A DNA stretch of 20,000 nt, taken from contig CP110439.1 of assembly GCA_026914245.1 (NCBI GenBank), positions 8,860,352 through 8,880,351 on the forward strand. The letters run 5' to 3'. This stretch comes from Puccinia triticina (Eukaryota). Of the stretch, positions 10,060-20,000 are shown one piece after another. Every line of letters begins with the position of its first letter. The first letter of the stretch is position 1. A model generated the notes under the pieces. That model was not told the DNA's origin. It was given only the letters and a program-made list of their open reading frames with translations, and made no database searches. The position numbers and the translations under genes were made by a program.

Positions 10060-11080
10060 CGGGAAAAGTTTGCTCATCGAAATGAACTCTAGTGCTTTGA
10101 AGTTACAAATGACTTGTCCTCAGGGGGGAAAATCCAATATGAGGTGAAGTCGTTGTCGTACCCAAGCATGATTCCGTCCCATGCTATAGAACCAAATTTG
10201 GTTCCCCTGGTTTGCTTTGGCTTCACTATCCAAGCTCGGCAGCCAAACGGCCTGAAAAATCGCATGTTAGGCTTTATTCGATGCATCAACTCCATCGGGG
10301 AGGCTCGAGATTTGCTGAGTGACGGCAAGCAATTCGTTGTTGCCGTGGCTGACTTTACCGCCTCTCCCCACCACTCGGGAGCCATGTTGGCCTGCATCAG
10401 GAGAGTGCGGGTCATCTCGATTACCGTGCGATTTGCTTGCTCAGCGAAGCAGTTGTGTTGCAGCGTGTAGGGAGGTGATACATTATGCTGTATGCCGGCT
10501 TCTTTGAGTATTCCGCTAAGAGCCTTGCTAACGAATTTGCCCCCGCCATCAGACACAAGTTTCTTGATTATTTTTCCGGTTTGATTCTCAAAGAAAGCTT
10601 TGTATTCCAGGATTGCGGCGGGCGCGTCGCTCTTCTGCTTGAGGATCTTGGTATGGATGAAGCCTGAGAACTGGTCTACCAAGGTTAAGAAGTATTGAGC
10701 ACCATTATTTGTAGATGGTGTGATTGGACCGACTAGATCCGCATGGACAACTTTGAGTTGACAGGACACAGCTTTGAAGTGGCTGTTGAATGGCAATTGA
10801 GTGACCTTGCCCTTCATACAGGCTTCACATGCTCGGGCCACCTCGTTGGGCAACGGCTTGTCAATCATGGTTTCAATCCGTTTCTTGCTTGCGTGGCCGA
10901 GACGGCGGGGCCAGAGCAGGAAGTCACTGAGTTTAGGCGCCGGAGCTGCTTCGGTGATGTGTGCAACTGGTGCTTCTTGCGGCTCTCTGAGACCGATAAT
11001 TTCAAAGATAGAGTTGGAAGTATCAATACTTAGCGAAGTACTGCCGTCAATCTTTACTTTGAAGCTGCATTGTGCCGACA
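10060..11080 (-). pseudogene. pol: Copia pol, GAG-pre-integrase and integrase core
   Basis: LLWPRRLGH (degenerate WHxRLGH), CEACMKGK, VHADLVGP, LVSDGGG, FAEQANRT and RPFGC. There is a frameshift/stop at ~10089, after which VHFDEQTFP continues in another frame. Confidence 0.94.
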
Positions 11081-11265
11081 GAAGAAATCCCCCAAGGGTG
11101 GGATGGTCGCTTGGGTCCAGAGAGTGTTGTAAAAATTGCCAGCTTACAATCCTGTAGCGTCAATAATTCGTTGGAGGAACTGAAAATGGGCACTTCTGGC
11201 GAGTCATTCTTATCCTCTATTTTTCCATCTCACTTTTGATTGACTGACTTGTCTCAAAAGCCGAA

Positions 11266-11499
11266 CTATCCACCAGTAAACCCCTCCAGACTGAGCCACC
11301 TGTCAACCCTGTGCCTCATCAACTTGACATTCTTGTGACGGCAGGCATTACAAGTTGGTCTGGAGGGATTGGTTTTTGAGGGCCACACCAATGTTTCCCC
11401 ACAAGTGACGTTGGCCCTGCGGCATCGACTGCATGGATAAGCCCATTTGCGTACTTTGATCCAATTGTTTTTGTTTGGGCGGTCAGATGAAGGAACCAT
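11266..11499 (-). CDS. Small ORF with a degenerate Zn2Cys6-like cysteine pattern
   Basis: CSRC-x6-C-x16-CNAC-x6-L gives five of six cysteines at binuclear-cluster spacing, with basic residues after each CxxC. A TATTTAAA element lies about 110 bp upstream. Confidence 0.45.
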   Translation of the reverse strand: MVPSSDRPNKNNWIKVRKWAYPCSRCRRANVTCGETLVWPSKTNPSRPTCNACRHKNVKLMRHRVDRWLSLEGFTGG

Positions 11500-12634
11500 A
11501 GTAAGGGGTTTGGGGTTGGTTGGTGGCGGTCGATGGATGGATGGATGGATAGTTGGTTGGTTGGTGGTGGGATGACGGACACCCAGGTGGGTTTAGGCCC
11601 TTGCTTTAAATAGAGAGGATTGCGTGCGCCCAACAGAACGCAGTGCAACAAGTATGTACATACACATACATTCATGCATACACACATACATATGTACGTA
11701 GGCAAATCCTATGTAGTGCACATCACATGACATCATCATTTGATCATCATCCCATATGTAGAAAACTGATCTGAGCGCAACAAACAAGAGATAATCAAGT
11801 ACATGAAAATATCAATAATTGGTGTAGGATTGGCCCGTTGACATCTGTGGCTCGACATAAGTAGTAGGGTGTGTATTGTAAAAATAGCTGGAAGTAGGAT
11901 TCATCCAAGGGGCAAGTTTTTGGAGGTGTGCTATCCACACTTCATTGCTGCATGGCCCACAACTGGTGATCCGTGGATCCAAGTATGATCCAAGAAGGCC
12001 TAGGGAAGTGGGTGAGATTTCCGGGGGCCTTGAAGCTGTGATACATAGGGATCTCTGGGTTAGACACCATTGAAAAAGGAGGGAGGGAAATTACATACTA
12101 TGATCAGAGGTGGGTGGTATATAGGCCTTTGGCAACCCCGAAGGAAGAGGAATTTGCATGCCAATATTGGAGGAGGTTGGGGCTGGTGGTGGTGGTGGAT
12201 TTTGTATTGAGCCTGTTGCTGGTGGTTGGTTTGGTAGGCAGAGATTGGAAACTGGGGGGAAGGTTAGGGATACATGATAGTTACCAAAGGTTGAGAGGTT
12301 GTGTACACACCATAGTCATGTACAGTGCCATAATGTGCCGTGTGTTGATTTAAATGATTGGCACCATGGTTAAAATTTGACCGCATCACTACACTCTATC
12401 TATAGACTGACTCTGAGCGGATGGACGGACAAAATTTCTTGGTGATTTGCATCAATTTATATATGGCTGCCCAACGCGTGCATGTCATCATTGGTGCCCA
12501 AGGACCCCCCATCCCTTGCATAATCGGGCCGGTTTCTATGCGTTTGCCATTGAGATGGAATGCTATGCTGGGCCTGGCGGCGATGTGCCCCGGTATGATG
12601 CATGTCAGTATCTTGATTGCAACCTGGAATGTAC

Positions 12635-12701
12635 ATGCATGTACGCCAGCGGTTAGATAGATGCATGTACGCCAGCCAGTAGATAGATGCATGTACACCA
12701 G
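12635..12701. repeat. 26-bp tandem repeat, about 2.6 copies
   Basis: ATGCATGTACGCCAGC(GGT/CAG)TAGATAG at 12635 and 12661, with a partial copy at 12687. Confidence 0.85.
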
Positions 12702-12845
12702 AGCTACATAGCTGTGCCTTTAACTGCTGCAATTTAGGTGCGGCATATCGGGCCGGGATCTACTTTCAGTGGCCAATTGTTTGTTGCATCCTGGAATGCT
12801 TGCATACATAAACAGGCAGGTGTAATACTGTTTAGCACGGCCAGC

Positions 12846-12962
12846 CGGATGTGTGCGAAGATGTGACTGGAGATGGTTGCATAACATGTTTTTTTTTAAT
12901 TACGGATGTGTGCGGCAGGCACGGAGATGTGACCGGAGATTGTCGCATATCATGCTTTTTTC
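12846..12962. repeat. Imperfect direct repeat pair (~55 bp)
   Basis: CGGATGTGTGCG..AGATGTGAC(T/C)GGAGAT..GCATA..CATG..TTTTTT occurs twice. Confidence 0.7.
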
Positions 12963-13118
12963 AGCCTAGATCAGCCCCCATGGAGATAACCTCCTGTGAC
13001 GGAAGGTGGCTGATCTACAGTGTAACTTGCCGCTTATTTATTTTTTGCAGCATAAGAGAGATAATAACAAAACAAAATCAACATTAAAAATCTCAGAGGA
13101 GGAAAGGAAACAATCCAT

Positions 13119-15925
13119 TTATGTATGAGCCTTGGTTTTTTGTCTCATAGAATAAGAATAAGGTAGAGGACATTGTCGAGGGCTTAGGGTGTTGGTGAGT
13201 GGATCTATCTGTTCTCGAGCCAGCCAGTAATACCCATAATCCACAGTGATACACTGTGCAAGCTCTAATCTATCTATCCTTATGTTGGTGAGATCATCAA
13301 GAACCTCTACACATTCCAATTGGGCCATCAAGTGGAGGATGTACGCATTGAGGCGGGGCCAGACTTGCTCTTTGATCTGGCGGGTTGATTGAGTGGCCTG
13401 CTGCTCCTGGGTATGAATGGCATGGGTGGCTAGGATGAAGGACCAAGACATAGAATTGCTGATTTTTCGACGATCCTTGATTATGGTGATCAAGCCACGT
13501 ATTCCACTCGCCAGGAAACCAGCCAAAGGGGCATAGCTAAAGCCTTCTTCACGTATTGGTTTAAGGGCAGCAAACAAGCGTTGATGGGCGGTGTTGAACT
13601 GAGATTTGATGACTTGTTTATCACGGTCTGTGCTGGCGTCGAGGAGTTTCTTGTGGTATTCCAATGCACACTTTGCTTGACTCGATAGAATGAGGCGGGC
13701 AATGAGGAGCTGATAAATTGTTTTGGTCAAGGTGTTGAGCTGGACCATTGCGGTTGAGACTTTTGCGGCAGGATCAGGAGCTTGAGAAGAGGTCTGGTTG
13801 AGCATGGCAACTAGATACTTGACCATGGTGATTTCGAGATACATTGGACCAGGCTCGAGGATGTTTTTGGTGGATGGTTTGACAGGTAGGAGAGCTGAGG
13901 TTCCAACCACATGGACTGACTCGAGCAACAAGACAACCAGTTCGCGGCAGAGTTTGGGGTTAGGATGGACAAGTGCGTCGATGACCAAGTAGAAGTCATC
14001 AAAGATGGGTTCAGGAGCACCTATGTTGATGTGTGAGGTCGTGTCTGGGTCTGGGGGGTTGCAAAACTTTGGCTCGAGAAAGCCAGGAGCGTTGACCAGC
14101 TCATGTTGACTCATTTGAAACAGCAAGTGCTCTGTGTGATGATGAAAGTGGTTAGGAAGAAGAAGTGCGCACACGTGCAAGTGAAAGGGTTATGCTCACC
14201 TTGTTCATCCCATGCCACGGTGGGTTCATCCTTTCTACTTTTTCCCCAAGCCCAAGTGAAATTCGGTGGCAGGCACTCTGGATAAGTCTGATCTTTATGG
14301 GACATGGCCCAAGTGCAGAGCATTGCAGTGCAGGCTTCTTTGAGGTGGACCCATTTTGTGGGGATATTCCAATGGCTGAGTCGAGCATCTTCACCTATTT
14401 CAAGGCAATCCCAAATTGGTTTGATATATTCTTCAAGTACAAAAGAGACAGTAGTATCCTCTGGCTCGGGTGTTGGCGTAGGGGATGGTCCTTTAAAAAA
14501 CGGTTTATCACCTCTATATACATAAAAAGATATATCAGGGTTGGGGGATGATTGACCTGGTTGGTGTGTGCATGAAATAACTACTAACCCTTTGTGATGA
14601 TTGGTCAACTCACTCGAGTCTTGCCTCATGTTGTTTTGTTCCTGATTCGACGATGACCCAGTTGAGCCACCCGTGTTTTGCAACACTTCTTCTTGTTGTT
14701 CTGGATGGTCACCTAAGTCGTCCTCACGGATGCCAGTTTGGTCGCCAGTTTCATTGCGACTGGGTTTTTCCACGATCCCTGCCTGTCTAGATTGGGGTTG
14801 CTCACTTCCTGGTGCGCGGTCTTCTTGAGACAGACTCGAGGCTCTTGACCGTTCATCTTCTGGTCGTTGGGTGCTGGAGTGCGGACGGATTGGACTTGGC
14901 CCTTGTTCCTGTTCCAGGTTAGGGTCAGCCGGACTTGACCCTTGTTCCCCTTCCGGACTCGACCCTTGTTTCCCTTCTGGACTCGACCCTCGTTCCCCTT
15001 CTGGACTCGACCCTCGTTCCCGTTCCCGACCCAACCCTTGTTCCCCTTCTCGACTGGACCCTCGTTCCCCTTCTCGAGTGGACCCTTGTTCCCATTCCCG
15101 ACCCAACCCTTGTTCCCGGTCCTGACTCGACCCTTGTTCCGGACTCGACCCACGTTCCAGACTAGACCTCGTTTTTTCTGGACTCGAGCCACGTGGTGTG
15201 TGTGGGGGGTGATTTCCATCTCTTGGGGCGTGATTTGGTGTATCAAGCTCCATCTGGGTGTCTTCTTCATCCTCATCACTATTGCGGCTGGAGATGATAC
15301 CCCAGCACTTAATTGATGATCTCCCAGCAAGTAAGTAAAATGAGTCCAACTTACAATTTAATTGGGCCGCCTCCCAAGGAGGACTCGAGGTTGTCTGCCT
15401 TGTGTCTTTTCAATGATGGCGAAAGTGGTGATGACGGGCATCTTTTACTGGATGATGGGTGGAGTATAAGACGAATTCTTGCTTGCTCATTTGGTGGCAG
15501 GTGGCCACCAGAGTTCCGGAAACCTAAAGATACTCTGAGCTCAGCTATGGAGGGGCACACACACAAGTTCAGCCCATATACAACTTACCAGAGAGATAAT
15601 ATTGGGCCCCTGTAAGGGCTTGTCTCAGTGGATCAATGAGGAAGAGAGGGATGCCAGGTGTTTTGATGATTTGACTAAGAGGATTAACTATGTCGAATTG
15701 GAGCATATGCTCATACTGTTCCAGGTTAAAATCCAGGCGCTTGAGGTTAACTGGTTTCAGGATTGGGTTGTCTTGGGGTTGACTTTGAGTTTGGGAAGAG
15801 CAAGGAGGGTCAGATGAAGCACGATTGAAGGGGTTGTGAGGCTTTGAATGTGTGGGGCCAAGAAGATTTCCACTATTAAAAGGCCATTCACAAGAGGCAA
15901 ACTGGCCAATTGTAAATGATGACAT
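13119..15925 (-). CDS. Multi-exon hypothetical protein gene B, about 875 aa; exons 15925..15589, 15544..15355, 15287..14200, 14131..13119
   Basis: Three GT-AG introns (GTAAGT, GTAAGT, GTGAGC; phases 1, 2, 1) join ORFs 15569..15925, 15351..15566, 14111..15349 and 13119..14180 into one 2628-nt frame with no stops. Intron 1 is short (44 nt). Disordered, repeat-rich middle and a helical C-terminus. Confidence 0.8.
14930..15190 (-). repeat. 24-bp coding minisatellite encoding (R/Q)GSSPEGE-like units
   Basis: GGACTCGACCCT(T/C)GTTCCCCTTCT-type units, about 10 degenerate copies, inside exon 3 of gene B. Confidence 0.9.
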
Positions 15926-16349
15926 TATCTTGGGGTGGGTGAGGTGAGGGCAGGCAGACCTGCGTCTCTGGAATCGGCAGAGGTTCTTTTAAATAACACA
16001 GCTGATGATTGATTGATCAGCCAGGTTTAAGGTTGTGTATGTATTTATGTATTTATGTGTGTATGTATGTATGTAAGATCCATGTTGTAGATACATACTT
16101 GGTATGGGATTGACAGATTGAATGTAATTCTCTTGGGAACATTCAAATGTTCCCGAGATGGATCCACGCACGTGTGAAAGAAAGAAAGAGAGTGCGGCAC
16201 GCTTGTACATAATTGCCCCTCCTAAAAAGTCACTGCTGCTTGCTTGCTGAACGCGATCTAACCAACCACAGCCAGAATAAAAATAGACTTGTAAACAACA
16301 CCATTGACCACTTTTTTGCGACCACAATTTCATTACGCCATCCATCATC

Positions 16350-18465
16350 ATGACTTTACCCAAAGAACCAGGACAAGTAGTGGTGATAGATAAGGAGTCA
16401 GAACCTGGTGAGTTGCCACCGCCTGCCTGCCTCCAAAAAAAAAAAAAAAAAAAAAAAAAATAACAATGACAGCTAACTAACGTCTTGATGCATGTGCAGT
16501 TGGATTTATTGTTGATTGCTTACAACAGGTCCTAGATATGCCACTTGTTTAACAACATAAATCACACTGCTTGGCATTGAAAGACATGATGGATTTTTAT
16601 GTTGAGTCGACAAAGGAAGTTGACAAGGAAGTTGACATGGAGCTTGACAAGGAACTCGAGTTGAGGCTGCCCAAGATTGATGAACTTGGTCAGGCAAATA
16701 ATGGTTTGTTTTCAATACCACCTCAATATTCACAGCAGCCAACACCCGAGTTTTTGTCGATATACAGGTACCGGTAAGAAGAAGCAGAAGAAACGGGGGA
16801 ACAAGGATAAGGATCCTTCATCAGTGGAACACACCAAAAGTAGGTAGGCACGTTGATGTGATCCAGTGTCATACGTTGATAAGTCCTCCCCATCGATCAT
16901 CCAGGCCGCGCGAAGAAGCAGAAGAAAGGGAACAAGAATACTTTAGAGGATAACCTGGCATCCAATGGTATTTACAAGATTGCATATTGGGAGTGAGGGA
17001 GGACAATGAGGCTGACTCCTCTCTGCAGCCGCAGGTGCAGAAGACCACCATGATGGGGAAGATGATTCTGTGGCCAAAGACGACGACCTCAAAAAGAGTC
17101 CAAGTAGGTTTTTTTTTTTTTTTTTTTGATTTTGACGTGGATTTGTCTGTCTGTCTGTCTGTGACTGACTCATACATTTTTTCTCCAACCACTCACTAGT
17201 CCAGCTCAATATCTTGACACCGGGGTCACTCTCTTTGAATGATGATCTCAGCAGCTCAATTGTTTTGAGACACCGACATTGGGAAGAATGTTTTGCCAAC
17301 ATACAAATCATCCTGACATTGTTGCCGATGTTTCTTGGGAAAAAGGTACTGGATCAAGAGGCCAGTGCGGTACTGGAATCAAATAGTGTTGTGACAAGCA
17401 TTGAGCATACTATGAGCATGTGTCAAGAAAGTAAGGTGCCCTTTTATATATTACACTGTGTGTGTGTGTGACGAGGTTTCTAATGAGATTGATTTTCCAT
17501 TGCATGATCCAGCCGACTTTTTGCGATTGCATGAGTCTGACATGATGATTGGAGATTGTGTGATTGACAAACAAGTTGTTGATCAAATCTATTGGTCTCA
17601 ACAAAAAACGCCTGGAAAATTGCACTGGTTGACTCAAAGTGTTGAAAACTCTTATCATGTGCCAGCTATGGCATGGAAACGGTTTCAAGATACGGTTCAA
17701 GATATGTTTGCCCAAGAATTTGAGCGAGATATGGCTAATCTAGTAAGCTTGTGGATGCGGGACCAACCTCAAGCGGCACACAAGTTGCCAGAGGCATTCC
17801 AGGACGTGTATGATTTCTTGGTCAAGTCACACAAAAACATGATGTCTAGCACAACGGGACGGGCGGTGGGAGAAGGTGCAGGAGGTCTCCAACATGTGCA
17901 AGAGTTCTTTTTGGCGGCATTGGGTGGGACGTTTTACCTGCGGGACTTGGCGATGGGCGGCAAACTGATCTCGGAAAAGGATCAGTATGAAGTCTTCAAT
18001 ACTCAAGGCGTGTATTGCTTGTCACAACTGTTGATCATTGGGCCCAAGGCGATTTTCACCTTGAGTCAAAACAAAAATTCTATGACAATGGCAGGATTGT
18101 TAAAACTATTGGAATTCGGCCGACAGGTCTTGGAACACAAATTCAAGAAGACGGGTGGGCAAGGGGGGGCGCTGTGGGGACCACTGGGAAATTTGCGTTT
18201 GATGTTTGTGCGATTTTTGTACAAGATGAAGGTACATGTGGTCGAGGCCGACATTGATTGGATCGGGACACTCAAGTCATTCAATGAGAAGATTACGACT
18301 GCCCAACTTGCCAAGATGATCACAAGTGACATAGAATTCTATTGTAATCCTGACTTGCATAAAGCAGCTGTCAAGCAATCTGTCCTTCCTTCTCAAATGT
18401 CACCCTTGATATTTCAAAAATACAACATTCCTATTCCCAAGCTCTTGGGAAAAAAAAAGAATTAA
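16350..18465 (+). pseudogene. Multi-exon hypothetical protein gene C, about 551 codons with one in-frame stop; exons 16350..16407, 16500..16703, 16768..16839, 16905..16967, 17029..17103, 17200..17430, 17513..18465
   Basis: Six phase-1 GT-AG introns, most with CTAAC/CTGAC/CTAAT branch sites, keep one frame. TAA at 16550-16552 interrupts exon 2, though a downstream ATG near 16587 could give a shorter protein. The exon 2 donor could alternatively be at 16689. Transcribed divergently from gene B. Confidence 0.7.
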
Positions 18466-18589
18466 TCAATATGCTTTTGTTTTTGTTTCTCTTCCGTGTG
18501 TTCGTGTGTGTCTCTTGATCTGTTTGTGCTTGATCTGTTTGTGTGTGTCTCTTGATCTTGTTTTCTACTTCAACTCTGAATCCAAGTTA

Positions 18590-19052
18590 GTTGGAAGATC
18601 TTGAATCTTGGCGATGACAAAGAAAAAACCGTTGGCTTATCCCAACAATGGATCCTCCGGATCTGAGCTGGAAGAACTCGACTCGTTGATGCCGAAGAAG
18701 AAACAATTGCCTGATGGATCCGGTTCTGAGCTGGAAGAACTCAAGTCGTTGATGCGGATGAAAAAACACTTGCCTGATGGATCCGGATCTGAGCTGGAAG
18801 ATCTCGACTCACTGATGATGCCCAAGAAAAAATGCTTGCCTGATGGATGCCGTCCTGAGCTGGAAGAAATCGACTCATTGATGCGGATGAAAAAACACTT
18901 GCCTGATGGATCTGGATCTGAGCTGGAAGATCTCGACTCACTGATGATGCCCAAAAAAAAATGCTTGCCTGATGGATGCGGTTCTGAGCTGGAGGATCTC
19001 GACTAGTTGATGCGGAAGAAAAAACACTTGCCTGATGGATGCGGTTATGAGC
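18590..19052 (+). repeat. 60/63-bp coding tandem repeat, about 7 units (KKHLPDGSGSELEDLDSLM)
   Basis: GATGGATCCGGATCTGAGCTGGAAGA..CTCGACTC..TGATG..AAAAA..TTGCCT units. Alternating 63- and 60-bp copies form a 123-bp higher-order unit. Confidence 0.93.
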
Positions 19053-19592
19053 TAAGATATGATGATGATGATGATGTTGACTCTAAGAACAAAGAGTCGG
19101 ACGATCAAGATTCATTAAGCAAGATGAGCTCAGAGTCTGAAGAGTCTGCAGCATTAGAATTTGATGAAAATGACTCGGCTTTTGTGACGTCTGATGGCAA
19201 AGAGGAAATTGGAGATGGCTCGAGTAGTTACTGCCCACCCAAAAAACCGTTGGTTGTGGATGTTGCAACTGAAGACAAGTCTAATGCTAGCTCGACTTGG
19301 AGTGATGTTTCTGGCGGATGCCTGATTGACTCGGACTTTGATGATTATGATGAAGAACTTCCAGATCTTGATGAAATATGGCCTGTTCCGGATCCACTGC
19401 CGTCGCTTCCAAATGAGCAGAAGGAATTGGCGATAGGCGACTTGGACATGGATGCATGGTGAATCACACTTGAACCATGCCAGCTGTCTAATTACTTCTC
19501 CCCGGCGTTGCCAAACTCGTTGTGTAGTCATGCTCCGATGCTGCGTGAACACGATATATATCAAGACTGGGTCTACGTTGGGCAAGGAATTG
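18614..19592 (+). pseudogene. Acidic repeat-protein coding segment D, apparently truncated by the telomere
   Basis: ORFs 18608..19006 and 19007..19462 share a frame and are separated by a TAG where other repeat units have TCG/TCA. A predicted phase-2 intron 19459..19527 (GTGAAT..CTAAT..TAG) leads into [22 protein letters not shown] and then straight into telomere repeats. Confidence 0.55.
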
Positions 19593-19925
19593 GGGTTAGG
19601 GTTAGGGTTAGGGTTAGGGTTAGGGTTAGGGTTAGGGTTAGGGTTAGGGTTAGGGTTAGGGTTAGGGTTAGGGTTAGGGTTAGGGTTAGGGTTAGGGTTA
19701 GGGTTAGGGTTAGGGTTAGGGTTAGGGTTAGGGTTAGGGTTAGGGTTAGGGTTAGGGTTAGGGTTAGGGTTAGGGTTAGGGTTAGGGTTAGGGTTAGGGT
19801 TAGGGTTAGGGTTAGGGTTAGGGTTAGGGTTAGGGTTAGGGTTAGGGTTAGGGTTAGGGTTAGGGTTAGGGTTAGGGTTAGGGTTAGGGTTAGGGTTAGG
19901 GTTAGGGTTAGGGTTAGGGTTAGGG

Positions 19926-19956
<31 letters not shown>

Positions 19957-20000
19957 GTTAGGGTTAGGGTTAGGGTTAGGGTTAGGGTTAGGGTTAGGGT
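19593..20000 (+). repeat. Telomere (TTAGGG)n, about 67 units, G-strand running toward the window end
   Basis: Perfect TTAGGG array from 19596, with variants TTTAGGG (19944) and TTAGGGG (19951), preceded by TTGGGG. Confidence 0.99.

Larger units (their letters stand above)
5513..11080 (-). mobile_element. Degenerate, 5'-truncated Ty1/copia LTR retrotransposon (gag, protease and 5' LTR absent) carrying nested insertions
   Basis: Copia domain order on the minus strand: GAG-pre-integrase (LLWPRRLGH..CEAC), integrase (HADL, SDGGG), RT (QLDVRSAFL, LKKAIYGLRQAP, TRPDI), RNase H (DADWGNCP|DTRQSLTG, KHMSIRLHF, ADFLTK), then PPT and LTR. Contains stops and frameshifts. The 5' boundary is approximate. 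Confidence 0.96.

Noticed and set aside
9554..11157. Plus-strand ORFs over the copia region
   Set aside because: Antisense shadows of pol with no recognisable motifs.
12396..12732. Four overlapping short ORFs
   Set aside because: They arise from palindromic and tandem-repeat DNA, with no domain or splice support.
14713..15330. Several overlapping repetitive ORFs on both strands
   Set aside because: Shadow frames of the 24-bp minisatellite. Only the 14111..15349 frame splices into a complete gene.
16435..16460. A26 tract as a retroposon poly(A) tail
   Set aside because: No TSD or element body. It sits within intron 1 of gene C as a simple homopolymer.
17457..17470. (TG)7 microsatellite as a phase-variable frameshift between ORFs 17214..17471 and 17458..18465
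   Set aside because: It lies inside a canonical phase-1 intron 17431..17512 (GTAAGG..CTAAT..CAG) that joins the two frames.
19944..19957. Variant telomere units TTTAGGG and TTAGGGG as a meaningful pattern
   Set aside because: Isolated single-base indels near the sequence end, compatible with sequencing/consensus error or telomerase slippage.
19452..19961. 169-aa poly-(Gly-Leu) ORF
   Set aside because: Simply the stop-free reading of TTAGGG repeats, and its 5' part overlaps a predicted intron.

Overview
Eukaryotic (fungal) chromosome end, most likely from a rust-type basidiomycete. That assignment is inference from TTAGGG telomeres, 44-96 nt GT-AG introns with CTRAY branch points, and CpG-biased decay of repeats. 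The window ends in about 67 TTAGGG units that start abruptly inside an apparent coding exon. The centre is a three-level transposon nest: (1) a 5'-truncated, degenerate Ty1/copia element on the minus strand (~11080 to 5513; integrase-RT-RNaseH-PPT-3'LTR); (2) a related solo LTR in the opposite orientation inserted at its RT/RNaseH junction (6795-8539, 5-bp TSD); (3) a 939-bp non-autonomous CACTA-like element inside that solo LTR (7387-8325, 45-bp TIRs, 3-bp TSD). Top finding: both diverged ~804-bp LTRs carry the same four-exon spliced ORF (exons 73/58/77/47 nt, intron phases 1/2/1, 84 aa, 42/84 identical). In the host element it is in frame with pol, so it looks like a splicing-dependent, LTR-encoded C-terminal extension of Pol. 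Three distantly related multi-exon genes of unknown function, a degenerate Zn2Cys6-like ORF and several coding minisatellites make up most of the rest.
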